DNA of 64,000 nt from Candidatus Omnitrophota bacterium. GTDB taxonomy: Bacteria > Omnitrophota > Gorgyraeia > Zapsychrales > Fredricksoniimonadaceae. The DNA is taken from assembly GCA_043742785.1 (NCBI GenBank), contig JAYTXU010000048.1, forward strand, positions 8,951 to 72,950. The letters run 5' to 3'. The position numbers and the translations under genes were made by a program. Shown here one piece after another: positions 24,970 through 34,900 of this stretch. The notes below the pieces were generated by a model, which saw only the letters and a list, made by a program, of their open reading frames with translations, did not search any database and had not been told where the DNA came from. How positions within the stretch are numbered: the first letter of the stretch is position 1; the number at the start of each line of letters is the position of its first letter.

Positions 24970-27441
24970 CTAAATAACTATGCTAACAAGTTTATTAGGA
25001 ACGACAATAAATTTCTTAATCGTAGCCCCTTCTAAATAACGAGCAACATTAGTATCTAAAAGGCAAAGCTCTTTAAGTTGTTCTTGTGTAGCAGAAACAG
25101 GGGCAATAAATTGTCCGCGAACCTTCCCATTAATCTGGACGGCGTAATTGACTTCGGATTGTTTAAGAGCTGCTTCATCAAAGGATGGCCAATTAACCTT
25201 ACTGACAGTCGCATCTTTCTTTCCCATCATCTGCCAAAGCTCTTCACTTAAGTGAGGAGTAAAGGGCGCTAATAAAAGCACCAAGGTTTCAATGGCTTGA
25301 TTAAGACTCTTAGTCGATTCTTGCTTATACCTATCGATAGCATTCGCCAAGACCATCATGTGACTGATGGCCGTATTAAACTTCAAACCTTCCTCAAAAT
25401 TCTGAGTAATCTTCTTTATAGCGCTGTTACGTTCACGCTCAAGAGTTTGATCACCACCATCAATTGCCGGCGTTTTCACATAACGCTTCTCAATCATTTG
25501 ATAAATACGATTTAAGAATTTCCAAGCACCTTCCAACCCATCGCTATTCCATTCCAACTGATCTTCAGGAGGGGCAGCAAACAAAATAAATAAACGCAAG
25601 GTATCAGCACCGTATTTACTTAAAACCTCATCCGGATCGACTGTATTACCACGGGATTTAGACATCACTTCCCCATCTTTAAGCACCATTCCTTGAGTAA
25701 GTAAATTCTTAAATGGTTCAGAGAAATCAATCAATCCTAAATCTTTAAAGAACTTAGTAAAAAATCTCGAATACAATAAATGCAAGATAGCATGCTCAAT
25801 CCCACCGATATACTGATCCACTGGCATCCAATATTTCGCATCTGATTTGCTAAAAACTTCTTTAGGGTTATGAGCAGAACAAAATCTTAAAAAATACCAA
25901 GACGAATCAAAAAAAGTAGCCATGGTATCTGTCTCACGACGTGCAGGCTTGAAACATTTTGGACATTTTACATTCACAAATTCAGCCACACGGTTTAATG
26001 GGCTTCCACCCTGGCCGGTGATTTCTACATTCTTAGGAAGCTCTACGGGTAGCTGTTCCATCGGCACTGGCACAACGCCGCAGGCGTCACAATAAATCAT
26101 AGGAATTGGAGCTCCCCAGTAACGCTGACGGGAAATCAACCAATCGCGTAGGCGCCAATGCGTGCTGACCTTACCTATGCCTTCTTTAGACATCCATTGA
26201 GAAATCTTTTCTTTGGCTTCTTCATTAGGCAGTCCATCAAATTGATTAGAATTAACCAAAACCCCTGCATCTTCGTAAGCTTCCGTCATATCATTACCGG
26301 AAATTACAGGATTCTTTGGGTCACTTATAACAATATGTAAGGCAAGCTTATACTGCTTAGCAAATTCAAAATCACGTTGATCATGCGTTGGTACGGCCAT
26401 AATAGCGCCTGTTCCATACTCCATCAGCACATAATCTCCGATATAGATAGGAATCAGCCAACCATTAACCGGATTCACACAGTAGCAGCCTATAAAGACA
26501 CCTTCTTTACGGGCATCACCTGACATGCGCATACTCTTACTTTTGTTGGCAGATTTCTCTACAAATTCTAAAACAGCCTTTTCCTGAGGAGTTCCAGCTG
26601 TTATTTTTCTAACTAAAGGATGTTCGGGAGCTAAAACCACATAGGTAGCGCCAAAAATGGTGTCAGGACGAGTCGTGAAAACCGTAATCACTTCATCTGT
26701 ACGGGAGGGTTTCAAACCCTCCCCTACCTTGACCTTAAAATAAATCTCCACCCCAAAACTTTTCCCAATCCAATTTTCCTGCATGGAACGCACACGAGAG
26801 GGCCAATGATCTAGAAGCTTCAAATCTTCCAAAAGCGCATCCGCATATTGGGTAATCTTCAAATACCATTGATCTAAATCTTTTTGTAAAACTTCTGTTT
26901 TGCAACGCCAACAAGCGCCATCAATAACTTCTTCATTTGCTAAAGTCGTCTGACAACTAGGACACCAATTAACCGAAGAAGCTTTCTTATAGGCCAGCCC
27001 CTGCTCAAACATCTTGATAAAAATCCACTGATTCCATTTATAGTATTCGCTATCGCAGGTTGAGATCTCACGATCCCAATCGTAGGAAAAACCCATCTTC
27101 TTTAATTCATCATGCATCTGTTCAATACAGCGATAGGTCCAATCCGCAGGATTTGTTTTATGTTTAATAGCGGCGTTTTCTGCAGGCTGACCAAAGGCAT
27201 CGTAACCAATTGGATGCAGAACATTAAATCCCTGCATCATCTTGTAACGGGCGATCACATCGCCAATAGTGTAATTACGCACATGGCCCATGTGAATCTT
27301 GCCTGAAGGATAGGGAAACATTTCCAAAACATAATATTTCTTTTTGGAAGAATCCGCTTGGACCTTAAAAGTTTTTTGCGTATCCCAATACTTCTGCCAC
27401 TTGGCTTCAATTTGTTTTATGTCGTTGGTTGTGTAAGGCAT
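24970..27441 (-). CDS. leuS: leucine--tRNA ligase
   Basis: 823 aa with HIGH (HMGHVRNY), the editing-domain motif TTRPDT and KMSKS (VMSKSRGN). Confidence 0.97.
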   Translation of the reverse strand: MPYTTNDIKQIEAKWQKYWDTQKTFKVQADSSKKKYYVLEMFPYPSGKIHMGHVRNYTIGDVIARYKMMQGFNVLHPIGYDAFGQPAENAAIKHKTNPADWTYRCIEQMHDELKKMGFSYDWDREISTCDSEYYKWNQWIFIKMFEQGLAYKKASSVNWCPSCQTTLANEEVIDGACWRCKTEVLQKDLDQWYLKITQYADALLEDLKLLDHWPSRVRSMQENWIGKSFGVEIYFKVKVGEGLKPSRTDEVITVFTTRPDTIFGATYVVLAPEHPLVRKITAGTPQEKAVLEFVEKSANKSKSMRMSGDARKEGVFIGCYCVNPVNGWLIPIYIGDYVLMEYGTGAIMAVPTHDQRDFEFAKQYKLALHIVISDPKNPVISGNDMTEAYEDAGVLVNSNQFDGLPNEEAKEKISQWMSKEGIGKVSTHWRLRDWLISRQRYWGAPIPMIYCDACGVVPVPMEQLPVELPKNVEITGQGGSPLNRVAEFVNVKCPKCFKPARRETDTMATFFDSSWYFLRFCSAHNPKEVFSKSDAKYWMPVDQYIGGIEHAILHLLYSRFFTKFFKDLGLIDFSEPFKNLLTQGMVLKDGEVMSKSRGNTVDPDEVLSKYGADTLRLFILFAAPPEDQLEWNSDGLEGAWKFLNRIYQMIEKRYVKTPAIDGGDQTLERERNSAIKKITQNFEEGLKFNTAISHMMVLANAIDRYKQESTKSLNQAIETLVLLLAPFTPHLSEELWQMMGKKDATVSKVNWPSFDEAALKQSEVNYAVQINGKVRGQFIAPVSATQEQLKELCLLDTNVARYLEGATIKKFIVVPNKLVSIVI
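26699..26727. repeat. 29-bp GC-rich near-perfect palindrome embedded in frame in leuS
   Basis: The minus strand reads GTAGGGGAGGGTTTGAAACCCTCCCGTAC (13 of 14 arm positions pair) and encodes VGEGLKPSR just upstream of TTRPDT. Confidence 0.75.
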
Positions 27442-27449
27442 TTTGAATT

Positions 27450-27483
27450 AAAAAGGGGATTAGTTTTAGACCAATCCCCTTTT
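27450..27483 (-). terminator. terminator-like hairpin between speH and leuS
   Basis: AAAAGGGGATT-11 nt-AATCCCCTTTT forms a perfect 11-bp stem. Only 8 nt (AATTCAAA) separate it from the leuS ATG, so it may act as an attenuator or processing signal rather than a full stop. Confidence 0.45.
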
Positions 27484-27509
27484 ATATTTCTCCTCTATTA
27501 AAGCAGGAT

Positions 27510-27932
27510 TTATTTATGAACTAATTCTTTTTGAGCTGCTGCACTGTTAGACGAATAATATTTCATTCCGCGTTCAACAAATTGTGCTTCCACCTGCTTA
27601 GGAGCAAAGAACTTACGGCAAAAATCTTCTGCCTTCTTTTTATCAAAAGCGCGGCAGCAATAGATGTCTACCGTAATGAAATCCTTAGGGGTCAAAGTAT
27701 GGATAACAATGGAACTTTCAATAAGAGGAACCCATCCTGAAAGTCCAGCTTTATCCGGAAAACGAGTCGCGTCACTACGAAAAATCGATGGCGGCGCTTG
27801 CTTTTCCATTCCAAGAAATCCTACGATCTCATCCAGGAAATTATAGCAAAGGGTTAAATCATCACACGCACCGGGCTTGCAATTATAGAGGTCTACCAAT
27901 AATTCATACCCGAAGACCGAGGTCTTACTCAT
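27510..27932 (-). CDS. speH: S-adenosylmethionine decarboxylase proenzyme (small bacterial type)
   Basis: 140 aa with YGYELLVDLYNC and the self-cleavage region LIESSIVIHT (Glu-Ser pyruvoyl site). AAGGAG Shine-Dalgarno. Confidence 0.85.
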   Translation of the reverse strand: MSKTSVFGYELLVDLYNCKPGACDDLTLCYNFLDEIVGFLGMEKQAPPSIFRSDATRFPDKAGLSGWVPLIESSIVIHTLTPKDFITVDIYCCRAFDKKKAEDFCRKFFAPKQVEAQFVERGMKYYSSNSAAAQKELVHK

Positions 27933-28191
27933 TCCTACTCCTTATGCCAGCCTCACTCTGGCGAACAAACCTTTCATAGGCCTGTTGCTTGTTAACTGCA
28001 TCCCAATGACGTTCGACACTCAGACGCAGTGGTGAGTGAGCCGAATTAAAAACAAGAAATGTATTATACAAAAATGTGTTCAAAAGAAAAGATTTTTTAT
28101 CAGGAACATAACCAACTGAACTCGTGTATTTTATAACAAATAATTCCCTACAAATCATTTATTTTTAAAAATTTGTCCCTTTATGTGACAT

Positions 28192-28220
28192 TTGATTTTT
28201 TAAAACAAATAGCATAGAAT
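28192..28220 (+). promoter_or_regulatory. candidate sigma70-type promoter of thiSGHF
   Basis: TTGATT (28192-28197), 17-nt spacer, TAGAAT (28215-28220). It lies about 35 nt upstream of the thiS ATG, with AAGGAA as Shine-Dalgarno. Confidence 0.5.
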
Positions 28221-28254
28221 GAAGGCTCTTTAAAAGGATTGTCATAAAAAAGGA

Positions 28255-28461
28255 ATGATCATGAAGGTCACAATTAACGGAACAGTAAAAGAGTTAACAA
28301 ACAGTTCTCTTCTATCCGACATCGTTACTCAATTCTGTAAAGAATCTAAACACATCATCACCGAAGTTAATGGCCAGATTATTCCATCCAACAATTGGAA
28401 GAACACAACTATTAAAAATAATGATGTGATTGAACTAGTTGCCTTTGTGGGAGGTGGCTAA
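28255..28461 (+). CDS. thiS: sulfur carrier protein ThiS
   Basis: 68 aa with a ubiquitin-like fold pattern and C-terminal VGGG. It immediately precedes thiG. Confidence 0.85.
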   Translation: MIMKVTINGTVKELTNSSLLSDIVTQFCKESKHIITEVNGQIIPSNNWKNTTIKNNDVIELVAFVGGG

Positions 28462-29249
28462 TGTCATCTTCCCCTCTAGTCATTGCTGGGAAGGAATTCA
28501 AAAGCCGTTTCTTCTTAGGTACTGGCAAATTTAAGAATAAAAAAGATCTAGCTGATTCCATTAAATCGTCAGGAACGGAAATTGTCACAGTAGCCCTTCG
28601 CCGCATTGATCTAGAGCGACACGCTGATAATATCTTAGAATACATCCCCAAACATGTCACCCTATTGACCAATACTTCAGGTGCAAGGAATGCAGAAGAA
28701 GCTGTACGCATTGCCCGTTTAGCTAAAGCCTCCGGCTGTGGCAATTGGGTGAAGATTGAAGTCATCAATGATAGCAAGTACCTACTGCCAGATAATAATG
28801 AAACAATCAAGGCGACTGAAATCTTAGCTGCCGAAGGTTTTGTCGTTCTTCCCTATATGTATCCTGATCTTTATGCGGCACGCGCATTAGTCAAAGCTGG
28901 AGCTGCAACAGTAATGCCCCTAGGAAGCCTGATTGGAAGTAATCAAGGAATGAAGACCCGTGACTTTATTAAAATACTCATCGATGAAATTGATTTACCC
29001 ATTATTGTCGATGCTGGGATCGGTACACCCTCACAAGCGGCTGAAGCTATGGAACTAGGAGCAGCTGCTGTCTTGGCTAACACAGCTGTGGCTACCGCTG
29101 GGCAGCCTGCCCTTCTTGCCAAAGCTTTTGCCCAAGCGGTCGAAGCTGGACGCATGGCTTATTTGAGTCAGTTGCCCCAACAAAAACCTTTAGCCAATGC
29201 CTCTTCCCCACTGACGGGGTTTTTGTATGATTCCCTTACAAAAAATTAA
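28461..29249 (+). CDS. thiG: thiazole synthase
   Basis: 262 aa with [35 protein letters not shown] and [28 protein letters not shown]. Confidence 0.95.
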   Translation: MSSSPLVIAGKEFKSRFFLGTGKFKNKKDLADSIKSSGTEIVTVALRRIDLERHADNILEYIPKHVTLLTNTSGARNAEEAVRIARLAKASGCGNWVKIEVINDSKYLLPDNNETIKATEILAAEGFVVLPYMYPDLYAARALVKAGAATVMPLGSLIGSNQGMKTRDFIKILIDEIDLPIIVDAGIGTPSQAAEAMELGAAAVLANTAVATAGQPALLAKAFAQAVEAGRMAYLSQLPQQKPLANASSPLTGFLYDSLTKN

Positions 29250-30246
29250 CAATATCTTAAAAGAAACGCGTCCTGAAGCTCTTGAAGAATTAGCCCAGGA
29301 AGCTTCCCGTGTGACCCGTCAATATTTTGGCCGTGCCATTGGTCTCTATACGCCTTTGTATCTATCCAATTACTGCAGCAGCCATTGCACCTATTGCGGA
29401 TTTCATAGTCAAAATAAAGTTCAACGCATGAAACTTTCTCCCGAAGAGTACGTCCAAGAAATGAAAATTATTTATGATCAAGGCATTCGCAATATCCTGA
29501 TGTTGACCGGAGAATCCTATAAGCACACTCCTCTGGAATATTTAAAAGAAGCCTCCATGATTGCTGCCGAGTATTTTCAAGGAATTGCTTTGGAAGTTCA
29601 TCCCATGCAAACCGATGAATACCGTGAACTATTTACAGCAGGTGTAGATGGTATCGCTGTTTATCAAGAAACCTATGACCATAAGCGCTACGCTGAAGTT
29701 CATTTATCTGGTTTCAAAAAAGATTACGATTTCCGCCGTGGCACTCCGGCACGTGCAGCTGAAGGTGGAATAAGACAAATCTCTTTAGGCATTCTCTTAG
29801 GATTAAGCGATCCTGCTCTTGATCTATTAGCTCTCTACGAACATCTACACGAAATGGAAAAATCTTATCCAGGAGTAGAATACAGCGTCTCCTTCCCTCG
29901 CATGAGAACCATTAAAGAAAAAGAATTTGCTCAATGCGATGTAGATGATATTGCTTATACTAAAATCTTAAGCCTTACCCGCATTCTCTTTCCTCGGGTG
30001 GGAATTAATCTTTCAACGCGCGAATCATCAAAGCTGCGGGATCATCTTTTGGAAATTGCGGTTACTCGTATCTCAGCTGGTTCTAACACCTCTGTTGGCG
30101 GTTACTCTCTTCTGTCCGAAGAAGAGCAAGATCCTCAATTTGATATTAAAGATGAACGTTCGATTGCTGATATCATCTCTCTACTAAAAAACAAAAACTT
30201 CGATCCCGTCTTTACCGACTGGCGTAAAATTGAAAATATCTTATGA
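29227..30246 (+). CDS. thiH: 2-iminoacetate synthase (radical SAM tyrosine lyase)
   Basis: 339 aa with the cluster motif [15 protein letters not shown]. Position between thiG and thiF. Confidence 0.85.
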   Translation: MIPLQKINNILKETRPEALEELAQEASRVTRQYFGRAIGLYTPLYLSNYCSSHCTYCGFHSQNKVQRMKLSPEEYVQEMKIIYDQGIRNILMLTGESYKHTPLEYLKEASMIAAEYFQGIALEVHPMQTDEYRELFTAGVDGIAVYQETYDHKRYAEVHLSGFKKDYDFRRGTPARAAEGGIRQISLGILLGLSDPALDLLALYEHLHEMEKSYPGVEYSVSFPRMRTIKEKEFAQCDVDDIAYTKILSLTRILFPRVGINLSTRESSKLRDHLLEIAVTRISAGSNTSVGGYSLLSEEEQDPQFDIKDERSIADIISLLKNKNFDPVFTDWRKIENIL

Positions 30247-30854
30247 ATATCTTAGAACAAGGCCTTCTCAAATATCTTAAACCCGAACAGCTCTCTCTCA
30301 TTCAATCTAAGAAAATAGGTATCGGTGGGGCCGGCGGTTTGGGTTCTAACTGTGCGCTGATGCTCGTGCGTACAGGATTCAAACATTTAGAAATCATCGA
30401 TCAAGATATTGTTGATGCCTCTAATTTAAACCGTCAGCAATACTTTGCCAATGAAGTAGGCTTGGTAAAGGTGGAGGTCACTAAGAAGCGTCTTTTAGAT
30501 ATTAACCCTGATGCCACTATCATCCCCCATAAACTGCAGTGGAATGAAACTAACGCTAATCAATTCTTTAAAGGCTTTGATTTTATTGTAGAAGCATTTG
30601 ATGTGGCGGACTGGAAGTATCGTTTCGTAGAGTATTATGCCCCTCGCTTTCCTGTTGTCGTTAGTGGTGTTGGTATGGCAGGTTTAACCCAGAAGGAACC
30701 AATGACGATTAAAAAGATCGGAAATGTGTACATCTGCGGAGACCGCAGCACCAACAGCAACGACGGAAACCCACCCATGGCACCCCGTGTCACCGCCTGC
30801 GCCGCTATGATGGCTGAAGTTATTCTCGATTTAACTCTTGGGATTAAAAAATAA
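30243..30854 (+). CDS. thiF: ThiS adenylyltransferase (short ThiF/MoeB-family E1-like enzyme)
   Basis: 203 aa with the nucleotide-binding motif IGIGGAGGLGSNCALMLVRTG and DQDIVDASNLNRQ. Confidence 0.8.
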   Translation: MNILEQGLLKYLKPEQLSLIQSKKIGIGGAGGLGSNCALMLVRTGFKHLEIIDQDIVDASNLNRQQYFANEVGLVKVEVTKKRLLDINPDATIIPHKLQWNETNANQFFKGFDFIVEAFDVADWKYRFVEYYAPRFPVVVSGVGMAGLTQKEPMTIKKIGNVYICGDRSTNSNDGNPPMAPRVTACAAMMAEVILDLTLGIKK

Positions 30855-31256
30855 TCACCGCTGAGGAGGTTTCATGACAAACAGAGGCAGAGAGCCTTCT
30901 TTTCTTCCATCGATGGCTAAGTCAATCGAATATTCACCATAGGTCTCAAGCTTGACCATTTGCATATTTAAAATGGAATGTGCGGAAGCTGATCTTTGCC
31001 CTTCTTGGAATTGAACATTAATCACACCGTTCGCTGGTGGCAGAATATGCTTACCATCAAAATCGACAAAATTAAATGAAACCTTATGTTCACCTGTTTC
31101 AATATTTTCAAATCGAACCCTTAAAGCAATGGAGAATTGAGGATAGGCAACTGGCAAATTAGCTGCCCAAATTGTATCAAAAGCTCCCAAAATATTTAAT
31201 TTCCCTCCAACATCAACAGTAGCGGCATCACACAATGAAAACACTTCGATATGCAT
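30855..31256 (-). CDS. hypothetical small beta-rich protein
   Basis: 133-aa ORF filling the gap exactly between thiF and the pirin gene. No motif recognised with confidence. Confidence 0.45.
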   Translation of the reverse strand: MHIEVFSLCDAATVDVGGKLNILGAFDTIWAANLPVAYPQFSIALRVRFENIETGEHKVSFNFVDFDGKHILPPANGVINVQFQEGQRSASAHSILNMQMVKLETYGEYSIDLAIDGRKEGSLPLFVMKPPQR

Positions 31257-31268
31257 ATCAATCTCCTT

Positions 31269-31967
31269 TTACTGTAAATCAAACAAAATAAATTCAGAAT
31301 CCTTATTGGATTTAATCTTCAGTGCCTTTTCATTACTGGCTGATAATCCATCTCCCGCAGTAATCTTACGGCCATTAATATCCACTTCCCCTTTTATCAT
31401 CTGCACCCAGACATGACGATTAGGACGAATAGAAAAATCTAAATCCTGTGAAGATTTTAATTTTCCAATATACATATCCGCATCCTGATTAATGCCTATC
31501 GATCCCTGACGATGATCCTTCGATGCCACTAAAACAAAGTTCTTATTCTTAAAATCTTCTTTAAATGATTTCTGGCCATATTGAGGAGATATGGCTTTCT
31601 TCTCTGTTAAAATCCAAATCTGAAGCAAATGTGTTTCTTGATCTTTGAAATGATTAAACTCTGAATGCTCCACACCACTGCCAGCACTCATATGCTGAAC
31701 TTCATCTGGTAAAATAACCGCCGTGTTGCCCATAGAATCTTTATGCTCTAAGGCGCCGCTCACCACATAGGTAATGATTTCCATATCCTTGTGAGGATGG
31801 GTACCAAAGCCCATACCGCCTGCAACGAAATCTTCATTAATGACCCTGAGCGTACTAAAGGACATATGCTTTAGATCATAATACTCTGCAAAAGAAAATG
31901 TATGGAAGGATTTTAACCATCCATGATCAACAAAACCTCTATCCTTGGATTTTCGTATGCTTAACAT
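31269..31967 (-). CDS. pirin-family bicupin protein
   Basis: 232 aa with the metal-site motif GFGTHPHKDMEIITYVVSGALEHKDSMGN. Confidence 0.9.
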   Translation of the reverse strand: MLSIRKSKDRGFVDHGWLKSFHTFSFAEYYDLKHMSFSTLRVINEDFVAGGMGFGTHPHKDMEIITYVVSGALEHKDSMGNTAVILPDEVQHMSAGSGVEHSEFNHFKDQETHLLQIWILTEKKAISPQYGQKSFKEDFKNKNFVLVASKDHRQGSIGINQDADMYIGKLKSSQDLDFSIRPNRHVWVQMIKGEVDINGRKITAGDGLSASNEKALKIKSNKDSEFILFDLQ

Positions 31968-31970
31968 TCT

Positions 31971-34900
31971 TTACTCCTTGATTCCCTGTCCACCCACTGC
32001 TTTAATAAGATTCACCGCAGCAATTAATCTCTGACTTTGAGACTCAATCACTTGAAGTTGCGATTCCAAACGGGAACGCTCGGCATCCACCACATCAATA
32101 AAACTCACCAAACCCTGACGGTAACGCTCATAGGACATATTCTTAGTCGATAAAGCTGAATCAAAAAGCCTCTTTTGAGCTTGATAGCCTTCTTTACGCA
32201 TCTGAACATCCACAAGAGCATTCTCCACTTCTTCAAACGCCTTTAAAATTGTCTGACTATATTCAGCTAGTGTCTTCTCATATTCTGCTCGAGCTGCATT
32301 AAGCCTAGCCTGATTACCTCCTGCATTAAACAAGGGCACAACAATGCTGGGACCTACCGTCCACATTCCGCTGGCAGATTGAAAGAGTTTAGCGGCATCC
32401 ATGCTTTGAAATCCAGCCGCTGCATTCAAGGTGATCGATGGAAAGAAATCAGCTTTAGCCATTCCCACCTTCGCATTGGCAGACGCCATTAAATCTTCAG
32501 ACTCAGCAACATCAGGACGATTACGTAGAATATCTGAAGGAATTCCTGCATCTAACAAAGGAACTTTTAGATTTTCAATAATAACTTCACCTACATGAAA
32601 ACCTGTTGCAGGCTCTCCGCATAATAAAGACAAAGCATTTTCTGCACGAGCACGCAAACGCTTAGCATCAATAATTTGAGTTTCCACGCGAGCAACTTCT
32701 GTGTTTGCTTGAGATAAATCTAATTGACTAGATAATCCAGCGCTTACGCGTTGCTGTAAAATCTTAACGACTTCTTTACGAAGATTGACCGTTTCATTAA
32801 GCGCTTTAATTTGAGCATCTAATTGACCAATTAAAAAATACTGATTCGCCACATCACTATTTAAAGTGAGAAGCACCGTATCATAAGCATACTTCTTTGC
32901 AAAAGCTTCATAACGTCCTGATTCAAAAAACCTGCGAACCTTACCCCATAGATCAATTTCATAACTAAAATCTAAAGGAATAGTAAATTGATTTGTTGTT
33001 CGACTTTTACTAAACACAGAGGTTGAATTCTTACTCGTACGACTGCGTTTAGCTGAAGGATTAAAACCAGCTGTTGGGTACAAATCTGCTTCTGCTATCC
33101 TTGCCACCGCACGAGCTTTATCAACTGCACTCATAGCTGCTTTTAAATCTTGATTGTTAGTTAAAGCCCTCTGTTCTAAATCATTAAGCTTTTCATCACT
33201 AAAAATCTTCCACCATTGAACAGTTAAATGAGAAAAATCCTCCTTAATGGGACTCTTCCACTTAGAAGGCATATCCATCTTAGGACGAGAATAATCTTTG
33301 CTCACTGCACATCCATTACATAAAACTCCGCAAAAGACAATGACTAATATGGAAGGAACCACTTTAGAACAACTTTTAAACATCTTACTAAACCACACAT
33401 AAACAATAGGAATAACAAATAACGTTAAAAAAGTAGATGTAATCATCCCTCCCACAGCGGCAACCCCCATAGGCCGACGAGCTTCCCCGCCTGCTCCAAA
33501 TCCAATAGCAATAGGCAATATCCCCGCAACCGTTGCACAGGCCGTCATTAAAATAGGACGTAACCGAATTGCCCCCGCAGCCTTCATAGCCTCTGTAGCA
33601 TCTTTACCTTTTGCGATTTGTTGATTAGCAAAATCCACCAACATAATGGCATTCTTTGTAACTATCCCAAAAAGTAAAATAATTCCAATTTGGCTATAAA
33701 GATTAACTCCCATAGAAGGAAGTTTAAATAATGAGCAAACAAAAAGAGAGCCAAATGCGCCAAAGGCAGCCAAAGGAAGAGTTATCATAACCGTGATAGG
33801 ATGGATAAGACTTTCAAACTGCATCGCTAAAACCATATAAACAATCAATAGAGCTAAAATTAAAACAAAATAAATGCCCTGAGAAGATTCGATAAGCTCC
33901 TTAGCTTCCCCTTTCCATTCATAATGAAAACCAGAAGGAAGATCTTTCTTTAATATTTCTTCAACCTTAGTAATCGCTGTTCCTATGGGCATTCCCATAG
34001 GAGTTCCTTCGATCACAGCGCTTCGAAAACGATTGTAATGATTAATAGCTGAAGGTCCCGCACCTGTTTCATAGGTTAATAAATTACTTAACTGCACCAA
34101 CTCTCCCTTATTATTACGAATAAAAAGAATATCTAAATCTTTGGGTAAAAGACGTTGTTGGCGGAGTAATTGAGCTATGACATCATATTGTTTTCCATCA
34201 ATATTCACCTTGCTAATATCAAGACCACCGAAAGCTATTTGCAAAGTCTTGGCAATATCCCCCACAGAAACCCCTAATTGCGCTGCACGCTCACGATCAA
34301 CAGACAGACGTAATTCTGGTTTATTAAGTTCGAAATTAGACCGTACATTAATCAAAAATCCTGCCGCACGCAATTTATTAACAAGACTTGCCGCATAGTT
34401 ATTAAGCTTAATTAAATCCTGAGACTGAAGGACTAATTCAAATGGCTGAGTAAAACCACCACCAAAAGATTTAGGCATAATGGGAATTGCAAAAGCCCCT
34501 TGCACTTGCGTAAATAATTGAGCCCCAACTCCCTTTGCACCACCGATAATGTCACGTAAATTACGCTTACGATCATCCTTTAAACGAATAAAAGCTAGTC
34601 CTTGAGCAGGATTTCCTGGAGAGCCGCCCCTTGACAAAGCAACTGCAGAGAAATATTCTTGGGTTTCTGGAATCTTAGAAACAACTCCTTCTAATTTCTT
34701 AACCATACGATCTGTATATTCACTGGTCGATCCAACCGGAGCCAAAGCAAAAACCAAGAAACGCCCCTTATCCTCCAAGGGAACAAATTCATGATCTAAA
34801 CTAAAATAAAAAAATACAGAAGCTAGAACAGAAGCGGTAGCAATTATAGAAATAATCAACGGGTGACGTAAGGCCCAAGCTAAATGCCTTGCATACGTCT

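Noticed and set aside
27925-28158. 77-aa minus-strand ORF in the speH-thiS gap.
   Set aside because: It overlaps the speH start, has no Shine-Dalgarno, has low-complexity AT-driven composition and no recognisable motif. It most likely represents untranslated leader or promoter DNA.
27933-28254. Expected TPP (THI-box) riboswitch upstream of thiS, or a small RNA gene (6S/tmRNA-like), in the largest non-coding gap.
   Set aside because: Neither strand shows the conserved CTGAGA / ACCTGA...CCAGCG THI-box elements. The thiS-proximal half is almost pure A/T, and the gap is too short and unstructured for tmRNA. Only the speH-proximal part looks structured, and that is reported separately as a low-confidence leader.
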